A stretch of 64,000 bases of DNA from a virus. A program made the position numbers and the translations under genes. Of the stretch, positions 35,761-45,328 are shown piece after piece. Under the pieces are notes generated by a model, which saw only the letters and a list, made by a program, of their open reading frames with translations, was not told where the DNA came from and did no database searches. The stretch is from positions 1 through 64,000 of IMG/VR virus record IMGVR_UViG_3300050821_016647. One strand, written 5' to 3'. Positions within the stretch are counted from its first letter, which is position 1. Each line of letters begins with the position of its first letter.

Positions 35761-37563
35761 TTACAGTCCGCCTGTCGCTTTCATGAACGCCAGCGTCTGT
35801 GCGATCTCGGGCGCTGTCTGCCCAACGCAGTATGCAACCATCGATCGGTAATGCCCCTGGAACACCTGGCTCGTCGAGGCTCCACCCGCGGTGATCTGAC
35901 CTACCGTAGAGGAGAGCGCAACGATGTCGACCGGTCCGACGCCGGCCGTCGTTACGGGCGGATTGTTGTCCAGGTAGATCGAAAGGTTGCCCTCAAACAA
36001 CGTACCTAGAACGTAGTGCGCGACAGCCCCCGACACGCTTGCGCTTTCCGCGAACTTGGGCGGGTTCACGCCAGATGAGTCGTTGATGAACACGGAAAAG
36101 ATCACGTTGCCGGGAGTAGCGGAATCGAGGCCAACGGTAAGTCCGATTCCGTTTCGATTGCCTCCTCCGTTCTGCGTCGAGGCAAAGATGATCGGATTGA
36201 GCTGGGACGCCAGCCAGTCCTTCGTTCCCGTGTAGAGGACGCAAGCCGCGATCGTGAATTCATCGGGCTTGAGGAAGAACGTCCCCGCCATCATCGAGAC
36301 GTCGGCGTATTGGAACTGGCTCATCGACGGCGACTCGAGCGTGTCGAGCGTCGCCTTACCGTTGAAACCCGCCGGATTGAACGTCGCGGGCGTGGTGCCG
36401 TCAACGAAGGTCGTCCAGAGCTGACCGACGCGCGACGGGGCCTGGTCAAACCACTCCGGGACTGCACCTGCGTTGTTGAACACGCCGACGTCAGCGTTGA
36501 CGAACGTCGTCATCCCACGTGTCGACAGGTTGAACGCGAACGCACCTGGCGCAGGTGACCATGTCACTCCGTTGACGCCGTCAGCCGTCGCGACCGTTCC
36601 TGCGGCTGCGGCCACTCCGGTTGAATTTGTGGAGTTCAAACCAACGACCGGTGACGTAGGAACAGGAGCCGCAGCTCCACCGACGAGCGTGACGGTAGAT
36701 GGAATTCCTCCAGCCGTCGCGGTATAGGAAGTGTGACCACCACCACCATCAGTCAGTGTGAGTGTCGTTCCCGCTCCTGCTCCCGTACCTGTCAAATTAG
36801 CAGAAACGTTCTGTCCTGCTGACGCGTTGATCGACAACGCAATACCGTTGAGAATATCACCGAAGCTCTGCCACGATGTTGCGACCGTTGCGCTAGAAGC
36901 GAAGCTCGTAGCTCCGGCAAACAAAGTAAGGTTCGTTTCAACAGAGCACCCGACGAAAGTAGACGAACCCCCAATCGTCGAACCTGTTTGAATAATAAAA
37001 AGAGCCCCTACTGCGCCGGTAACATCACCGGTAACTGAAAGATCGCCGTCTACATTGGTCTTCGCTCCTAAGAAAAACTGACCGAAGAAACCGCCAGCGT
37101 TGACCCCCGTGAAGTTGAGAGTGACGTTCCCTCCGACCTCACACGCGTCAAGCCCTCCCAAGACAAGATTTGCTGCACCGGCTGCAACCCATAGAGGAAG
37201 GTCGAGTGTAATTGAACCGTTGAGAAAAAATCCAAGCGTACTTGCATCGAGTCCCGAGACAATGACGTTTGGGACCCAGGAAATGCTCTCAGTATACCCT
37301 CCTGGACCTACCTGAATAAGTGCAGGCTGATCAAATGTCGGCGCTATCCCTGCCGCCACCGTCATCGCCTTACCGATGGTCAAAAACGGCTTCTCATCCG
37401 TCCCGTCTCCCGTCGCGTCGTTTCCACCCTTGTTCACGATGATCGTGAACGTTGCCGCAGGCAAAGGGCCGTCACCTCCGCCACCGCCGCCGCCGAAGAA
37501 GCTCCTGTAAAGGGCTTCGTCGGCGATCTGACGTGTTGCCTTGAGGACGTTTGCGGTTCTCAT
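35761..37563 (-). CDS. beta-helix spike protein with C-terminal LamG/concanavalin-like domain
   Basis: IIVNKGGNDATGDGTDEKPFLTI...IQVGPGGY; C-terminal EWFDQ...TFNPAGFNG...NLSIYLDN...FQGHY. Confidence 0.7.
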   Translation of the reverse strand: MRTANVLKATRQIADEALYRSFFGGGGGGGDGPLPAATFTIIVNKGGNDATGDGTDEKPFLTIGKAMTVAAGIAPTFDQPALIQVGPGGYTESISWVPNVIVSGLDASTLGFFLNGSITLDLPLWVAAGAANLVLGGLDACEVGGNVTLNFTGVNAGGFFGQFFLGAKTNVDGDLSVTGDVTGAVGALFIIQTGSTIGGSSTFVGCSVETNLTLFAGATSFASSATVATSWQSFGDILNGIALSINASAGQNVSANLTGTGAGAGTTLTLTDGGGGHTSYTATAGGIPSTVTLVGGAAAPVPTSPVVGLNSTNSTGVAAAAGTVATADGVNGVTWSPAPGAFAFNLSTRGMTTFVNADVGVFNNAGAVPEWFDQAPSRVGQLWTTFVDGTTPATFNPAGFNGKATLDTLESPSMSQFQYADVSMMAGTFFLKPDEFTIAACVLYTGTKDWLASQLNPIIFASTQNGGGNRNGIGLTVGLDSATPGNVIFSVFINDSSGVNPPKFAESASVSGAVAHYVLGTLFEGNLSIYLDNNPPVTTAGVGPVDIVALSSTVGQITAGGASTSQVFQGHYRSMVAYCVGQTAPEIAQTLAFMKATGGL

Positions 37564-37567
37564 GGGT

Positions 37568-38116
37568 TCACTTTACGTGCACAACGAAGTGCTCAATCAG
37601 ATACGTCAGTCCTGTAACGACAGGAATGAGAATTCCCATATAGAAGAGATACTTATTTCTCGTTCTCTCTTCACGCTTCTCTTGAAGCTCTTCTCGCTGC
37701 TGAAGAGCAACCAACGCCTCTTTGGCGCCGCGCTCCTCGGCTTCCTTCTCTTTGATTTTCTCCTGAATGCGCGAGAGTTCCGCATGATCCATGACCCAGT
37801 GCGACCCGGTCGGTGATTGCGAAACGCGGACTTCGAGCTTCTCCGTCAGGGGCGGAGGTGGGACCGATCGAGTCTTGAGCGGAGGCGCCCCAACCGCACG
37901 AGCTACGTCTTCTAGACGCGCCTCGACTCGACCCGCGATCCCGTGCGCCGCCAGCGCAATGCCCTTGGTCTCGTCGATAGCGGCCTCGAGCTCAGGAATC
38001 TTCTTTTCGAGGTTGTCATTCACCTTGAACGCTAACGTGGCATATCCGCGTGCTAAGTCGATCGGTGCCATGGGGATGGCGGCCTCGTCATTTGCAGGTC
38101 GGGATGAGCTCGGCAT
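37568..38116 (-). CDS. coiled-coil protein with C-terminal TM
   Basis: TGATG-coupled start MPSSSRP; charged helix then YLFYMGILIPVVTGLTYLI. Confidence 0.65.
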   Translation of the reverse strand: MPSSSRPANDEAAIPMAPIDLARGYATLAFKVNDNLEKKIPELEAAIDETKGIALAAHGIAGRVEARLEDVARAVGAPPLKTRSVPPPPLTEKLEVRVSQSPTGSHWVMDHAELSRIQEKIKEKEAEERGAKEALVALQQREELQEKREERTRNKYLFYMGILIPVVTGLTYLIEHFVVHVK

Positions 38117-39771
38117 CACGAACCCGCTACGGTACGCGCATGAGCTAGGTAGACGATGCCACCAATTCCAACTGCAACGACGGCAAGCCCAGCTACCAAA
38201 AGACCTGTGTTGGTGGAAGCCGGCGCTGCGGGAGCCACGAACGGAGCGACCGCTGGCGTCGATGTCGTCGTTGCACCGGTCCACGACGGCGTAAGCCCCT
38301 CCGGAATCGTCCCAGGCTGCGTCTGCGACGCAGGGGGAAGCGTCGTATCGCCCGTCCAGCCAGGTGTAGACGGTCCGGACGTTGGGGGTGCGTACGTAAT
38401 GTCGCCGATCGTCACCGATCCATCCGGGTTCGTCGTCGAGGCTGGCGGAAACGGAGCTTGACCGAGCCCTGCCATCGCACGCGCCGTGTCGCGTAGATCT
38501 TGAGCGTTCGCCGGGCCGAGCGGACCGACGCCCTTCAAGAGGTGAATCTGCGTGCTGCCGTTGTTGGGCTCCTGGTATACGCACCCGGGATCATCAAGCG
38601 CCGTCGAAGGATCCCACAAAAACTGATTGCAGGTACACGTGCCCCACTCCCACTCGCAGTAGGGGTGGTGCTCGTTGTCCGTCGGCTCCATCGAGGTCTG
38701 GCCGCAGCACCCGCCGAGACCGGTCGGTCCGATCGCCGTCGAAGGCTTTCCACACCCCGCGCACTGACCGACGCCCGTAGGTTCGCCAGAGAGCCCAACC
38801 GACAGCGTGTGCGCCGGCACTTCGGGATCGACTTCACCTGGATACCGATCCCAGATGTAATTCTGACCGAGCCCCGTCACGCCGTCGTCGCAACGATCGA
38901 CCTGGACGTTCCATCCGTCGCGCGCGGGGTAGAACTGGAAAATCCCTGAGACATCGCCGAAGCGATAGAAAACGACCTCACCCTGCTTCATCTTGGCGGC
39001 TTGGAGCTCTTTCCTCTTCGCCAAGACCTGCGCCGAATCACCCGTGTACGGCGACCACGAGCATGCGTCGACCTGCACCTCGGTCACGCCGTAAAAGTAC
39101 GGGTACCAGTAGCCGTCCCACCATCCACCGCCCCAACCCCAGCCTCCCCAGCCGTGGCCGTGGCCGTGACCGGGCGGAAATGGGTGATGCCCTCCTCCAC
39201 CGTGACCAGGATGTCCACCCCCTCCACCTCCGCCGCCTCCACCACCTCCTCCGCCCGGCGTCAGGTGAGGCGTCAGAAGACCGCCCGCGGGAGGAGCTGC
39301 GTGCTGAGGGGCATGCGCCGGTCGATTGCCGGCATGTCCTCCCCCGTGACCTCCACCGTGACCGCCTCCACCATGTCCGCCTCCGCCGCCTCGACCGAGA
39401 GCGCCGACGCCGGGATGGTGTTCTTCGTGCCTCTCAGCGTGCCTCGGAGTCTGCTGCCCTTGCTGCTGAGCCGTATGAAGCTTCGCAGAAGCTGCATTGT
39501 AGATCCCGACCAATCCGCCACCCGGACCACCTGCCGCATGTCCGCTGTGCCCTTTGTGAGAAGCAACATGGCCGCGACCCACACCCGTGGGCCACGACGC
39601 TGGTACGTGAAGCTGTTCTCCGACCGAGAAGTCAGAGAAGGTCTTCCCAAGCCCGGTCGGCAGCGTTGTCTTGTGCGGGTTCGCCGCCACGAGCTCCGGA
39701 AACCGTTGCCAGTTTCCGGTGAGCCTGTGCGCGATTCGTGCCGGCGTATCGCCTTGTCGGACGGTGTACAT
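38116..39771 (-). CDS. LysM-domain virion membrane protein, Gly/His- and Cys-rich
   Basis: MYTVRQGDTPARIAHRLTG...LVAANP; poly-Gly/His linker; 8 G[LV]G motifs; C-terminal TM. Confidence 0.8.
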   Translation of the reverse strand: MYTVRQGDTPARIAHRLTGNWQRFPELVAANPHKTTLPTGLGKTFSDFSVGEQLHVPASWPTGVGRGHVASHKGHSGHAAGGPGGGLVGIYNAASAKLHTAQQQGQQTPRHAERHEEHHPGVGALGRGGGGGHGGGGHGGGHGGGHAGNRPAHAPQHAAPPAGGLLTPHLTPGGGGGGGGGGGGGGHPGHGGGGHHPFPPGHGHGHGWGGWGWGGGWWDGYWYPYFYGVTEVQVDACSWSPYTGDSAQVLAKRKELQAAKMKQGEVVFYRFGDVSGIFQFYPARDGWNVQVDRCDDGVTGLGQNYIWDRYPGEVDPEVPAHTLSVGLSGEPTGVGQCAGCGKPSTAIGPTGLGGCCGQTSMEPTDNEHHPYCEWEWGTCTCNQFLWDPSTALDDPGCVYQEPNNGSTQIHLLKGVGPLGPANAQDLRDTARAMAGLGQAPFPPASTTNPDGSVTIGDITYAPPTSGPSTPGWTGDTTLPPASQTQPGTIPEGLTPSWTGATTTSTPAVAPFVAPAAPASTNTGLLVAGLAVVAVGIGGIVYLAHARTVAGS

Positions 39772-39803
39772 GGGCTTCCCTCAAACGTGACTTGCTGTGT
39801 GAC

Positions 39804-40241
39804 TTACCTGCGGCGCGCGTACGCGCGGTGAGAAGAACGTCGACCAAAGGACGACCTGGACTTTCCACCACCCTGAACTGTCTTGCGGTGAGCGAGGTAA
39901 GCAACCGCCGCGATTCCGCCGACAACCGCGATGGCGCCGAGGATGAGCGGCGTGTTGCCGGTCGTGAGCGACGAAAGGACCGAAGAAGCGGTACCCGTCG
40001 TCGAGGCAGCAGAGCCGACAGCTGTCCCACCGCCGCCGCCGCCGCTGCCCAAGATCGTTCCCGTGTATGTCGGGTCTGATCCGTCGGGACCAAGAAGCTG
40101 AGACGTTTCCGTCCCACCCTCGGCTCCGCCCGAAATGAGGCTGTTGCCTCCACTGTCCGTTCCGTCCGAGCCCGCTGCGGGCCCGAGCTGGCCTAGACCG
40201 CGCAGCAGTGAAGTGTGAAACGCCGGCTCATCCATGATCAT
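39804..40241 (-). CDS. Gly/Ser-rich membrane protein
   Basis: EPAFHTSLLRGLGQ; TM PLILGAIAVVGGIAAVAYL; basic tail. Confidence 0.7.
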   Translation of the reverse strand: MIMDEPAFHTSLLRGLGQLGPAAGSDGTDSGGNSLISGGAEGGTETSQLLGPDGSDPTYTGTILGSGGGGGGTAVGSAASTTGTASSVLSSLTTGNTPLILGAIAVVGGIAAVAYLAHRKTVQGGGKSRSSFGRRSSHRAYARRR

Positions 40242-40252
40242 CTTCCTCTCGT

Positions 40253-40972
40253 TCACCTGTTGGAAATTACGTATGCCAGTCCGAACCCGGCTGCGATGCT
40301 GATGACTCCCACGGCAAGCGGCACGCCCCATCCCGCGAGCGCATCGCCGATCGTCGAAGCGGTCGTGGTTGGCGTCGCCGTTTGACCAACTCCTCGAACC
40401 GCGACACGTCCAAACCCCACTGGAAAGCTCGTGCTCCCAGGAATGGACGGTGGAGCCGAGGGCGACGAGCACGGCGGCATCTGCACTGCGCACTTCGCTC
40501 CTTCGCAACCCTCGCATGGACCGCCTGCGGCGCAGCTGCCACAGCACGGCTTGCCCGTCGCCGACGTTCCGGGCGCCGCTCCTACACCTTCGCCCACGTG
40601 CTGCATCGCCGGTACGCCGCGACGACCCATGATCGTGAGAATGGGCTCGACGCCGTGGCCGCTGTCGTCCCCACCGCCGTCCGCTCCCGCTCGAGGACGC
40701 ACCGCATAGGCCGGCGCCGGCTGAGGATAGGCGTGACCTGCCACGCCCAACTGACGTGACGGAGCTCGAGACTCCCATGCTGGCGGCACTGTGAGGCGCT
40801 CGCCGACGTGGAGTTCTCGAAACGTAGGAATCTGACCGAGTCCGACGCGCGCGGTGACAGAGGACTTGTGTGCGTTCGCACGCACGAGCTCGCTCATTCG
40901 TGCAGGATTGCCCGTCAGTTTCTGAGCAATCACCATCGGCGTGTCGCCAGGTTGGACGATGTAGAAACTCAT
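40253..40972 (-). CDS. LysM-domain membrane protein
   Basis: MSFYIVQPGDTPMVIAQKLTG...LVRANAHK; CCGSCAAGGPCEGC; C-terminal TM. Confidence 0.8.
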   Translation of the reverse strand: MSFYIVQPGDTPMVIAQKLTGNPARMSELVRANAHKSSVTARVGLGQIPTFRELHVGERLTVPPAWESRAPSRQLGVAGHAYPQPAPAYAVRPRAGADGGGDDSGHGVEPILTIMGRRGVPAMQHVGEGVGAAPGTSATGKPCCGSCAAGGPCEGCEGAKCAVQMPPCSSPSAPPSIPGSTSFPVGFGRVAVRGVGQTATPTTTASTIGDALAGWGVPLAVGVISIAAGFGLAYVISNR

Positions 40973-42165
40973 CCGGGACCTCCGTTGCCTTGCCGCCATC
41001 GCGCAAGCCGGCGAAGAATGGCGTCCGTCGTAGGATTCTGCGGCGCTCTTCCGAGACCGGTCATGTTCGGGCGATGCACTACCGTCTTCGGCTCTCCACG
41101 GCCCGTACGCCACTGTTTAGCGATTCGTTGAATGATGCCGTCCGCCTTCGTGACTACGGCTGCGGGCAGTCCTGCCAGACGCGACGACGTGTTCGACGCA
41201 TTCGGATGAGGAGGCGACGCCGGACGCTTCGGCTGCGGCTCGCCGGACTGACCACCTTCGGGCAAACACGCGTCGTACGCGCTCGTATCCTCGGCGCTGC
41301 GTCGCATCGTGTTGTCGCCGACCTCGGTCGTGTCGCGCGTAAGTCGGTCACCATCGCCGGGACGTCGGTACGTCTTCGGTGATCCGGTCGGCGCCTGCTC
41401 TTCCATCTCGAAGATGAGTGATCCTGCGATGCGGCCGTAGATCGACAGGGGGTAGTTCTGGACGAACGCGTCCTCGGGCGTCGTGCCTTGCGTCGTCAAA
41501 AACTGAAGTGCTCCACCACCCGTCGTGGGCGGTGGCGCGGAGCGGGTACTCGGGTCCGTCTGCTGCACGCTCGCCATGAAAACGATGTTGCAGGGGCCCT
41601 CGAACGCCACGTCGCAGACAGAAGGCTCACTCCAACGGTCGCAACGCAAGTCGAAGAAGCGACCGAGCTCAGGAGTAAGAACGTTACCCGGAAACGATCC
41701 GCCGTACGGAGGCGTGACGACATTTCCGACGATGGTCTCGAAGATCTGAGCCGGTGTCTGACTCACCTCGAACGCCATTCCCTCGGCGTTCTGCGCGTTG
41801 GCCAGAATCTTGGCACCCGGCGGAAGCTTGCGGATGCCCCAGAGAACGTTACCGTCGACATAACTCCACGTCGGCGTCACCACCGGCCTCTCGAGCGGGT
41901 AGGTGTACGCGCCACCACCCGTACCGAGTGGAATCTGGTCGAGAAGCGTCAGGTACTGGCGAAATCCCACCACTCGCCCGCGTTGCCCGGCGTTGAAATA
42001 CTTCGCGCACAGCACAAAGAGCTGCCGCTGCGTCGGAACCTGCGGACCGCCGTTCGTCCCGATGAAGAGGCCGAGGTCATACGGACCACCGAGTGGGTCC
42101 GAGCCAACAAGCTGCCGGTTCGGATTCAGCCCGACCGTCACGATTTCTAGGCGGCTGCGACGCAT
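40969..42165 (-). CDS. candidate jelly-roll minor capsid/vertex protein
   Basis: Beta-strand-rich first ~270 aa, basic low-complexity tail with MTGLGR; directly downstream of the capsid candidates; fold inferred only. Confidence 0.5.
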   Translation of the reverse strand: MRRSRLEIVTVGLNPNRQLVGSDPLGGPYDLGLFIGTNGGPQVPTQRQLFVLCAKYFNAGQRGRVVGFRQYLTLLDQIPLGTGGGAYTYPLERPVVTPTWSYVDGNVLWGIRKLPPGAKILANAQNAEGMAFEVSQTPAQIFETIVGNVVTPPYGGSFPGNVLTPELGRFFDLRCDRWSEPSVCDVAFEGPCNIVFMASVQQTDPSTRSAPPPTTGGGALQFLTTQGTTPEDAFVQNYPLSIYGRIAGSLIFEMEEQAPTGSPKTYRRPGDGDRLTRDTTEVGDNTMRRSAEDTSAYDACLPEGGQSGEPQPKRPASPPHPNASNTSSRLAGLPAAVVTKADGIIQRIAKQWRTGRGEPKTVVHRPNMTGLGRAPQNPTTDAILRRLARWRQGNGGPG

Positions 42166-42189
42166 TACGCTGCCTCCCGTGCTATAAAT

Positions 42190-42220
42190 GCTGCCTGCGG
42201 CGCGTCAACGCCCAGGCAGC
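42190..42220. other. GC-rich hairpin at the edge of the GIY-YIG insertion
   Basis: GCTGCCTG-C-GGCG-cgtcaa-CGCC-CAGGCAGC. Confidence 0.5.
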
Positions 42221-42299
42221 GTGGCTCACCTCGACCTTTGCAGGGAGGCGAACGATGAAGATTGTGAATGGTTTCCGTGCGCGTGTCGAGGTCGGTTGA

Positions 42300-43295
42300 A
42301 TGAAAACCGACCCGGAGAGCCGTTGGTTCACCATCTACGTTCACACGTGCGACGCGGACCCGCGAAGCAGCGGCGATCGTCTTGGTAAAGGAAAGCAGTA
42401 CGTCGGGCAGGTGGTTCATTTGCTCGGTGACGCTTCGGACACGCCGGAACTGGCAATGAAAAGGCGATGGCGAGCAAAACGTTATGAACGATCGCTGATC
42501 GGTCATACTGTCCGTCAGTTCGGAACAAAGAATTTTCGTCACGAGATTCTTGATACTGTACTCGGACAGACCGCGGCCAACCTCGCTGAAGCCGAGTGGG
42601 CTGAAAAACTCGATACCTACGAACCACACGGGTACAACAGAAGAAAATGTGGAACGCAGGGTGCACTGACTTTTGAGGAACGCAGTGCGTTTGGCCGCAT
42701 CGCGCGTCGTAAAGGAATGGAAACGCTTGGTCCAGAAGGACGAAGCGCAGCCATGTACAAGGCTAAGGAAACGTTGGGACCCGAAGGACGAAAGGCAATT
42801 AGTCGTAAAGCAATGGAGACACTCGGTCCCGAAGGACGGAGCGCGGCTGCTCAAAAAGCGAAGGAAACGCTGGGACCCGAAGGACGAAAATCGGCCACTC
42901 GCAAGGCGAATGAAACGAAGGGTCCTGAAGGTCGAAGTGCTGCCGTCCGCAAGGCGCTGAAAACAATGGGTCCTAAAGGTCGGCACGCACGTGCACTCAA
43001 ATCGAATATGACATCGGGACCAGATGGTCGAAGCGCCCGTGTGCGCAGAGCCAATGCGACGAGAGGGCCTGAAGGACGAAGAGCCTCTGCTCTCAAAGGA
43101 ATCGAGACTCAAGGTCCCGAAGGACTGAAACAACGCCTCTACAAGGCTTGGGACGTGCGTTGGTTCAAAGCGCTTCGACTCGCTCTTGCACAAAAAGACT
43201 TTGTGAGAGCTATCGGCGTTCTCAAGGCGTGCCTCTACGCCACAATGCGGAGGCTGGCCGAAGATCCTCTCTTTGGCGAACAGATAGTCGAATAG
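42300..43295 (+). CDS. GIY-YIG homing endonuclease with nine 16-aa repeats
   Basis: TIYVHT...QYVGQ...KRRW...HEIL...AEAEW...GYN; repeats ETLGPEGRSAAxxKAx; antisense to the capsid operon, lower GC. Confidence 0.85.
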   Translation: MKTDPESRWFTIYVHTCDADPRSSGDRLGKGKQYVGQVVHLLGDASDTPELAMKRRWRAKRYERSLIGHTVRQFGTKNFRHEILDTVLGQTAANLAEAEWAEKLDTYEPHGYNRRKCGTQGALTFEERSAFGRIARRKGMETLGPEGRSAAMYKAKETLGPEGRKAISRKAMETLGPEGRSAAAQKAKETLGPEGRKSATRKANETKGPEGRSAAVRKALKTMGPKGRHARALKSNMTSGPDGRSARVRRANATRGPEGRRASALKGIETQGPEGLKQRLYKAWDVRWFKALRLALAQKDFVRAIGVLKACLYATMRRLAEDPLFGEQIVE

Positions 43296-43365
43296 CGGGC
43301 CTGATGTCGCCGCGTATTGACTACTGACTATTTTTCGATCTCTCCACCTGCGCACGGGTGCCTCC

Positions 43366-43971
43366 TCACGGGCACTCCACCGCCGGGGGGACCCAAAATC
43401 CGAGCTCGCGAAGTTTGCAGGCCGCAACGTCCACGCTGATTTCGTCTACTGTGTGGTCCAAAAATTGCCAGCCGTTGAACGTAAGTACACAGTTGTACGG
43501 GGGCGCATTGGGCTCGCTCGCCGGGAACACTTGCGTGAGCATGAACTCGATCTCGATGTTCTGTTGCTTGTAGAGCGGCCACCCGCTCACCCAGCGCGAC
43601 GAGATGAGGTTCACGAAGTTGTTGAGCGGCGTGAAGTTCGGCGAGACGAGGTAGCGCGGCCCCGAGTGCACCGTGCAGCGCACCGAGATGCCTGGCGCCA
43701 TTCGGAGGTTCGCGTCGTACAGCGTCTTGAAGATGTTGCCCGCGAAGACGTTCGGCTGCTGAAGATCGTACTGGAGATTGTCTATCCAAGTTCTTTGGGC
43801 AATGGTTGTATCAAGACCAGCTTCGATGGGTTGCTGCCCCAGAGCCGCAGAGGAGAATGAACCCGATGCGTTGATCGAGATTGGAATCCGAGGAATCCCG
43901 AGGACGATCCCATACGCCGCGATCGGGTCCATGACCGCTAGGTCTTGAATGTACTGCGGCTTCGGTTCCAT
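43366..43971 (-). CDS. candidate small single-jelly-roll capsid protein
   Basis: 201 aa, alternating hydrophobic beta pattern (WIDNLQYD, ISVRCTV, WPLYKQQNIEIEFML, CVLTFNGWQF); adjacent to the large candidate. Confidence 0.5.
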   Translation of the reverse strand: MEPKPQYIQDLAVMDPIAAYGIVLGIPRIPISINASGSFSSAALGQQPIEAGLDTTIAQRTWIDNLQYDLQQPNVFAGNIFKTLYDANLRMAPGISVRCTVHSGPRYLVSPNFTPLNNFVNLISSRWVSGWPLYKQQNIEIEFMLTQVFPASEPNAPPYNCVLTFNGWQFLDHTVDEISVDVAACKLRELGFWVPPAVECP

Positions 43972-44011
43972 GCTCGTCCTCCTTTCCTTCTCTCGTTGAA
44001 GCTAAGCGCGT

Positions 44012-44070
44012 GAAAAACAAGATGCCCCGAAGCCACCCGACTCTCCCTCCTAGGAAAGAGAGCCGGGCAG
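44012..44070 (-). terminator. possible intrinsic terminator/attenuator after the major capsid candidate
   Basis: CCCGACTCTC/GAGAGCCGGG stem (44036-44067), followed on the minus strand by TCTTGTTTTT. Confidence 0.4.
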
Positions 44071-44086
44071 CTCCAGAGCTCTACGA

Positions 44087-45328
44087 TCAGCCGCCCGCTG
44101 ACTGCGCGGTCCCGACCACGCCCGCCGGGACGAGGTGGTTCAGGATGTACTGCTTCCAGGGTCCCCAGATCTCGAAGCCCTTGATGAGAATGGCGAGCTG
44201 GAGCGCGCCACCCTTCATGAGCACGCGATCCGTCTCGACGGCCTTCTCGACCACGATCGTGGTCGGCTCTGCCGTGTCCGCGAACGACAGCTCTGCGATC
44301 GTAACCGCCGTGAGGCCGTCCGTCGCCGGGCCGATCGGCATCACGGTGTGCGTGGTGCCGAAGCCATGGTCGTTGTTGGACAGGTATTGCTTCATGAGGT
44401 TCTGGTGGTACTCGTCCTGCGCCTTGAGCACCATCCCGATCGGGATGCCGCGCTCGAGCAGAACCGGCTTGAACAGCTTCCGGAACGGCTGGAGCATGCC
44501 CGTCATCCCCTGCGTGCGGAGGCCGCCGTAGGTGACGTCGAGCAGATCGTACGCGCGGGTCGGGTGGTACACGCCCGTGCTCGTCGCGCCGCCGGTCGTG
44601 ACCGACCCGATGCGCTGCGAGTTGATCGGGAGGAACGTGCCCGTATCACCGATGGGCGCGCCCTGGTACTTCGCGTTCACGCGGTCGACGTACCGCTGGA
44701 ACGCCTGCTGCGAAGAGCCCGCCGCGACGGCCTCGGCGTACGAGCCGAAGTAGCTCACGTCCGCCGCCAGCTCGTTGATCAGCAGGTAACGCTGCTGCAT
44801 GATCCACTGGAACTGGTAGGCGTTCATGAGGTGCCAGAGCGCGTTCTGCGCGCAGACGCCCCACTCGAGCGTGGCCGGGGTCATCGTCTGACCGCCCGAG
44901 AGTCCGAGGCCGGTCAGGTCATCGGTCGCGAACGAGTCGGGCGAGTTCGGGATCGCCCCGGATGCCGGCTGGAAGTTGATGTAGTTGCCGATCTGCGAGC
45001 CCTGCTGGGGCTCGGCAAACCCGTGCACGCCGAAGCCGATGACCAGCATGTCGACTTGGAGGATGCCGTTGATGACGAACGAGCTGTCGACGTCCTGGAC
45101 CCCCGGTACGGCCTTGGGGTTTTGGAGCACGTCGATCTCGTCACCGAACGTCCCGTCGATGAAGCCGTCGGCGACGGGCAGATCGATCGTCCACGTCACG
45201 TACTCGATGACGGGCACCTGCGTAAAACCGCAAGTGAGAACGCTGTTGACGACGTTGTCGGAGGGAGCCGCACCGAGTCCCACCATGCGGCTGGGATTCT
45301 CGAGCTTGTGCATGCTTGAGCTTTTCAT
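44087..45328 (-). CDS. candidate major capsid protein (jelly-roll-like)
   Basis: 413 aa, very strong GC3 bias, beta-rich (KPVLLERGIPIGMVLKAQ, LQLAILIKGFEI), N-terminal ENP + MVGLGAAP, followed by a hairpin; no HK97 features recognised. Confidence 0.55.
   Translation of the reverse strand: MKSSSMHKLENPSRMVGLGAAPSDNVVNSVLTCGFTQVPVIEYVTWTIDLPVADGFIDGTFGDEIDVLQNPKAVPGVQDVDSSFVINGILQVDMLVIGFGVHGFAEPQQGSQIGNYINFQPASGAIPNSPDSFATDDLTGLGLSGGQTMTPATLEWGVCAQNALWHLMNAYQFQWIMQQRYLLINELAADVSYFGSYAEAVAAGSSQQAFQRYVDRVNAKYQGAPIGDTGTFLPINSQRIGSVTTGGATSTGVYHPTRAYDLLDVTYGGLRTQGMTGMLQPFRKLFKPVLLERGIPIGMVLKAQDEYHQNLMKQYLSNNDHGFGTTHTVMPIGPATDGLTAVTIAELSFADTAEPTTIVVEKAVETDRVLMKGGALQLAILIKGFEIWGPWKQYILNHLVPAGVVGTAQSAGG

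Noticed and set aside
27486-37563. Diversity-generating retroelement acting on fibre tips
   Set aside because: No reverse transcriptase and no near-identical TR/VR pair differing only at adenines was seen.
39180-39410. Collagen-like fibre in the Gly-rich tract
   Set aside because: The tract is poly-Gly/His, not Gly-X-Y periodic.
42183-42189. TATAAAT resembling a T4 late promoter before the GIY-YIG gene
   Set aside because: Single incomplete match with no other copies and no late sigma factor in the window.
42166-43365. Group I intron hosting the GIY-YIG gene
   Set aside because: The ORF is antisense and intergenic, both flanking genes look complete, and no P/Q/R/S core elements were recognised.
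42165-43427. 420-aa minus-strand ORF ending with a TAATG overlap
   Set aside because: It is the antisense of the GIY-YIG gene and has no protein-like features; the coupling may be left over from the pre-insertion junction.
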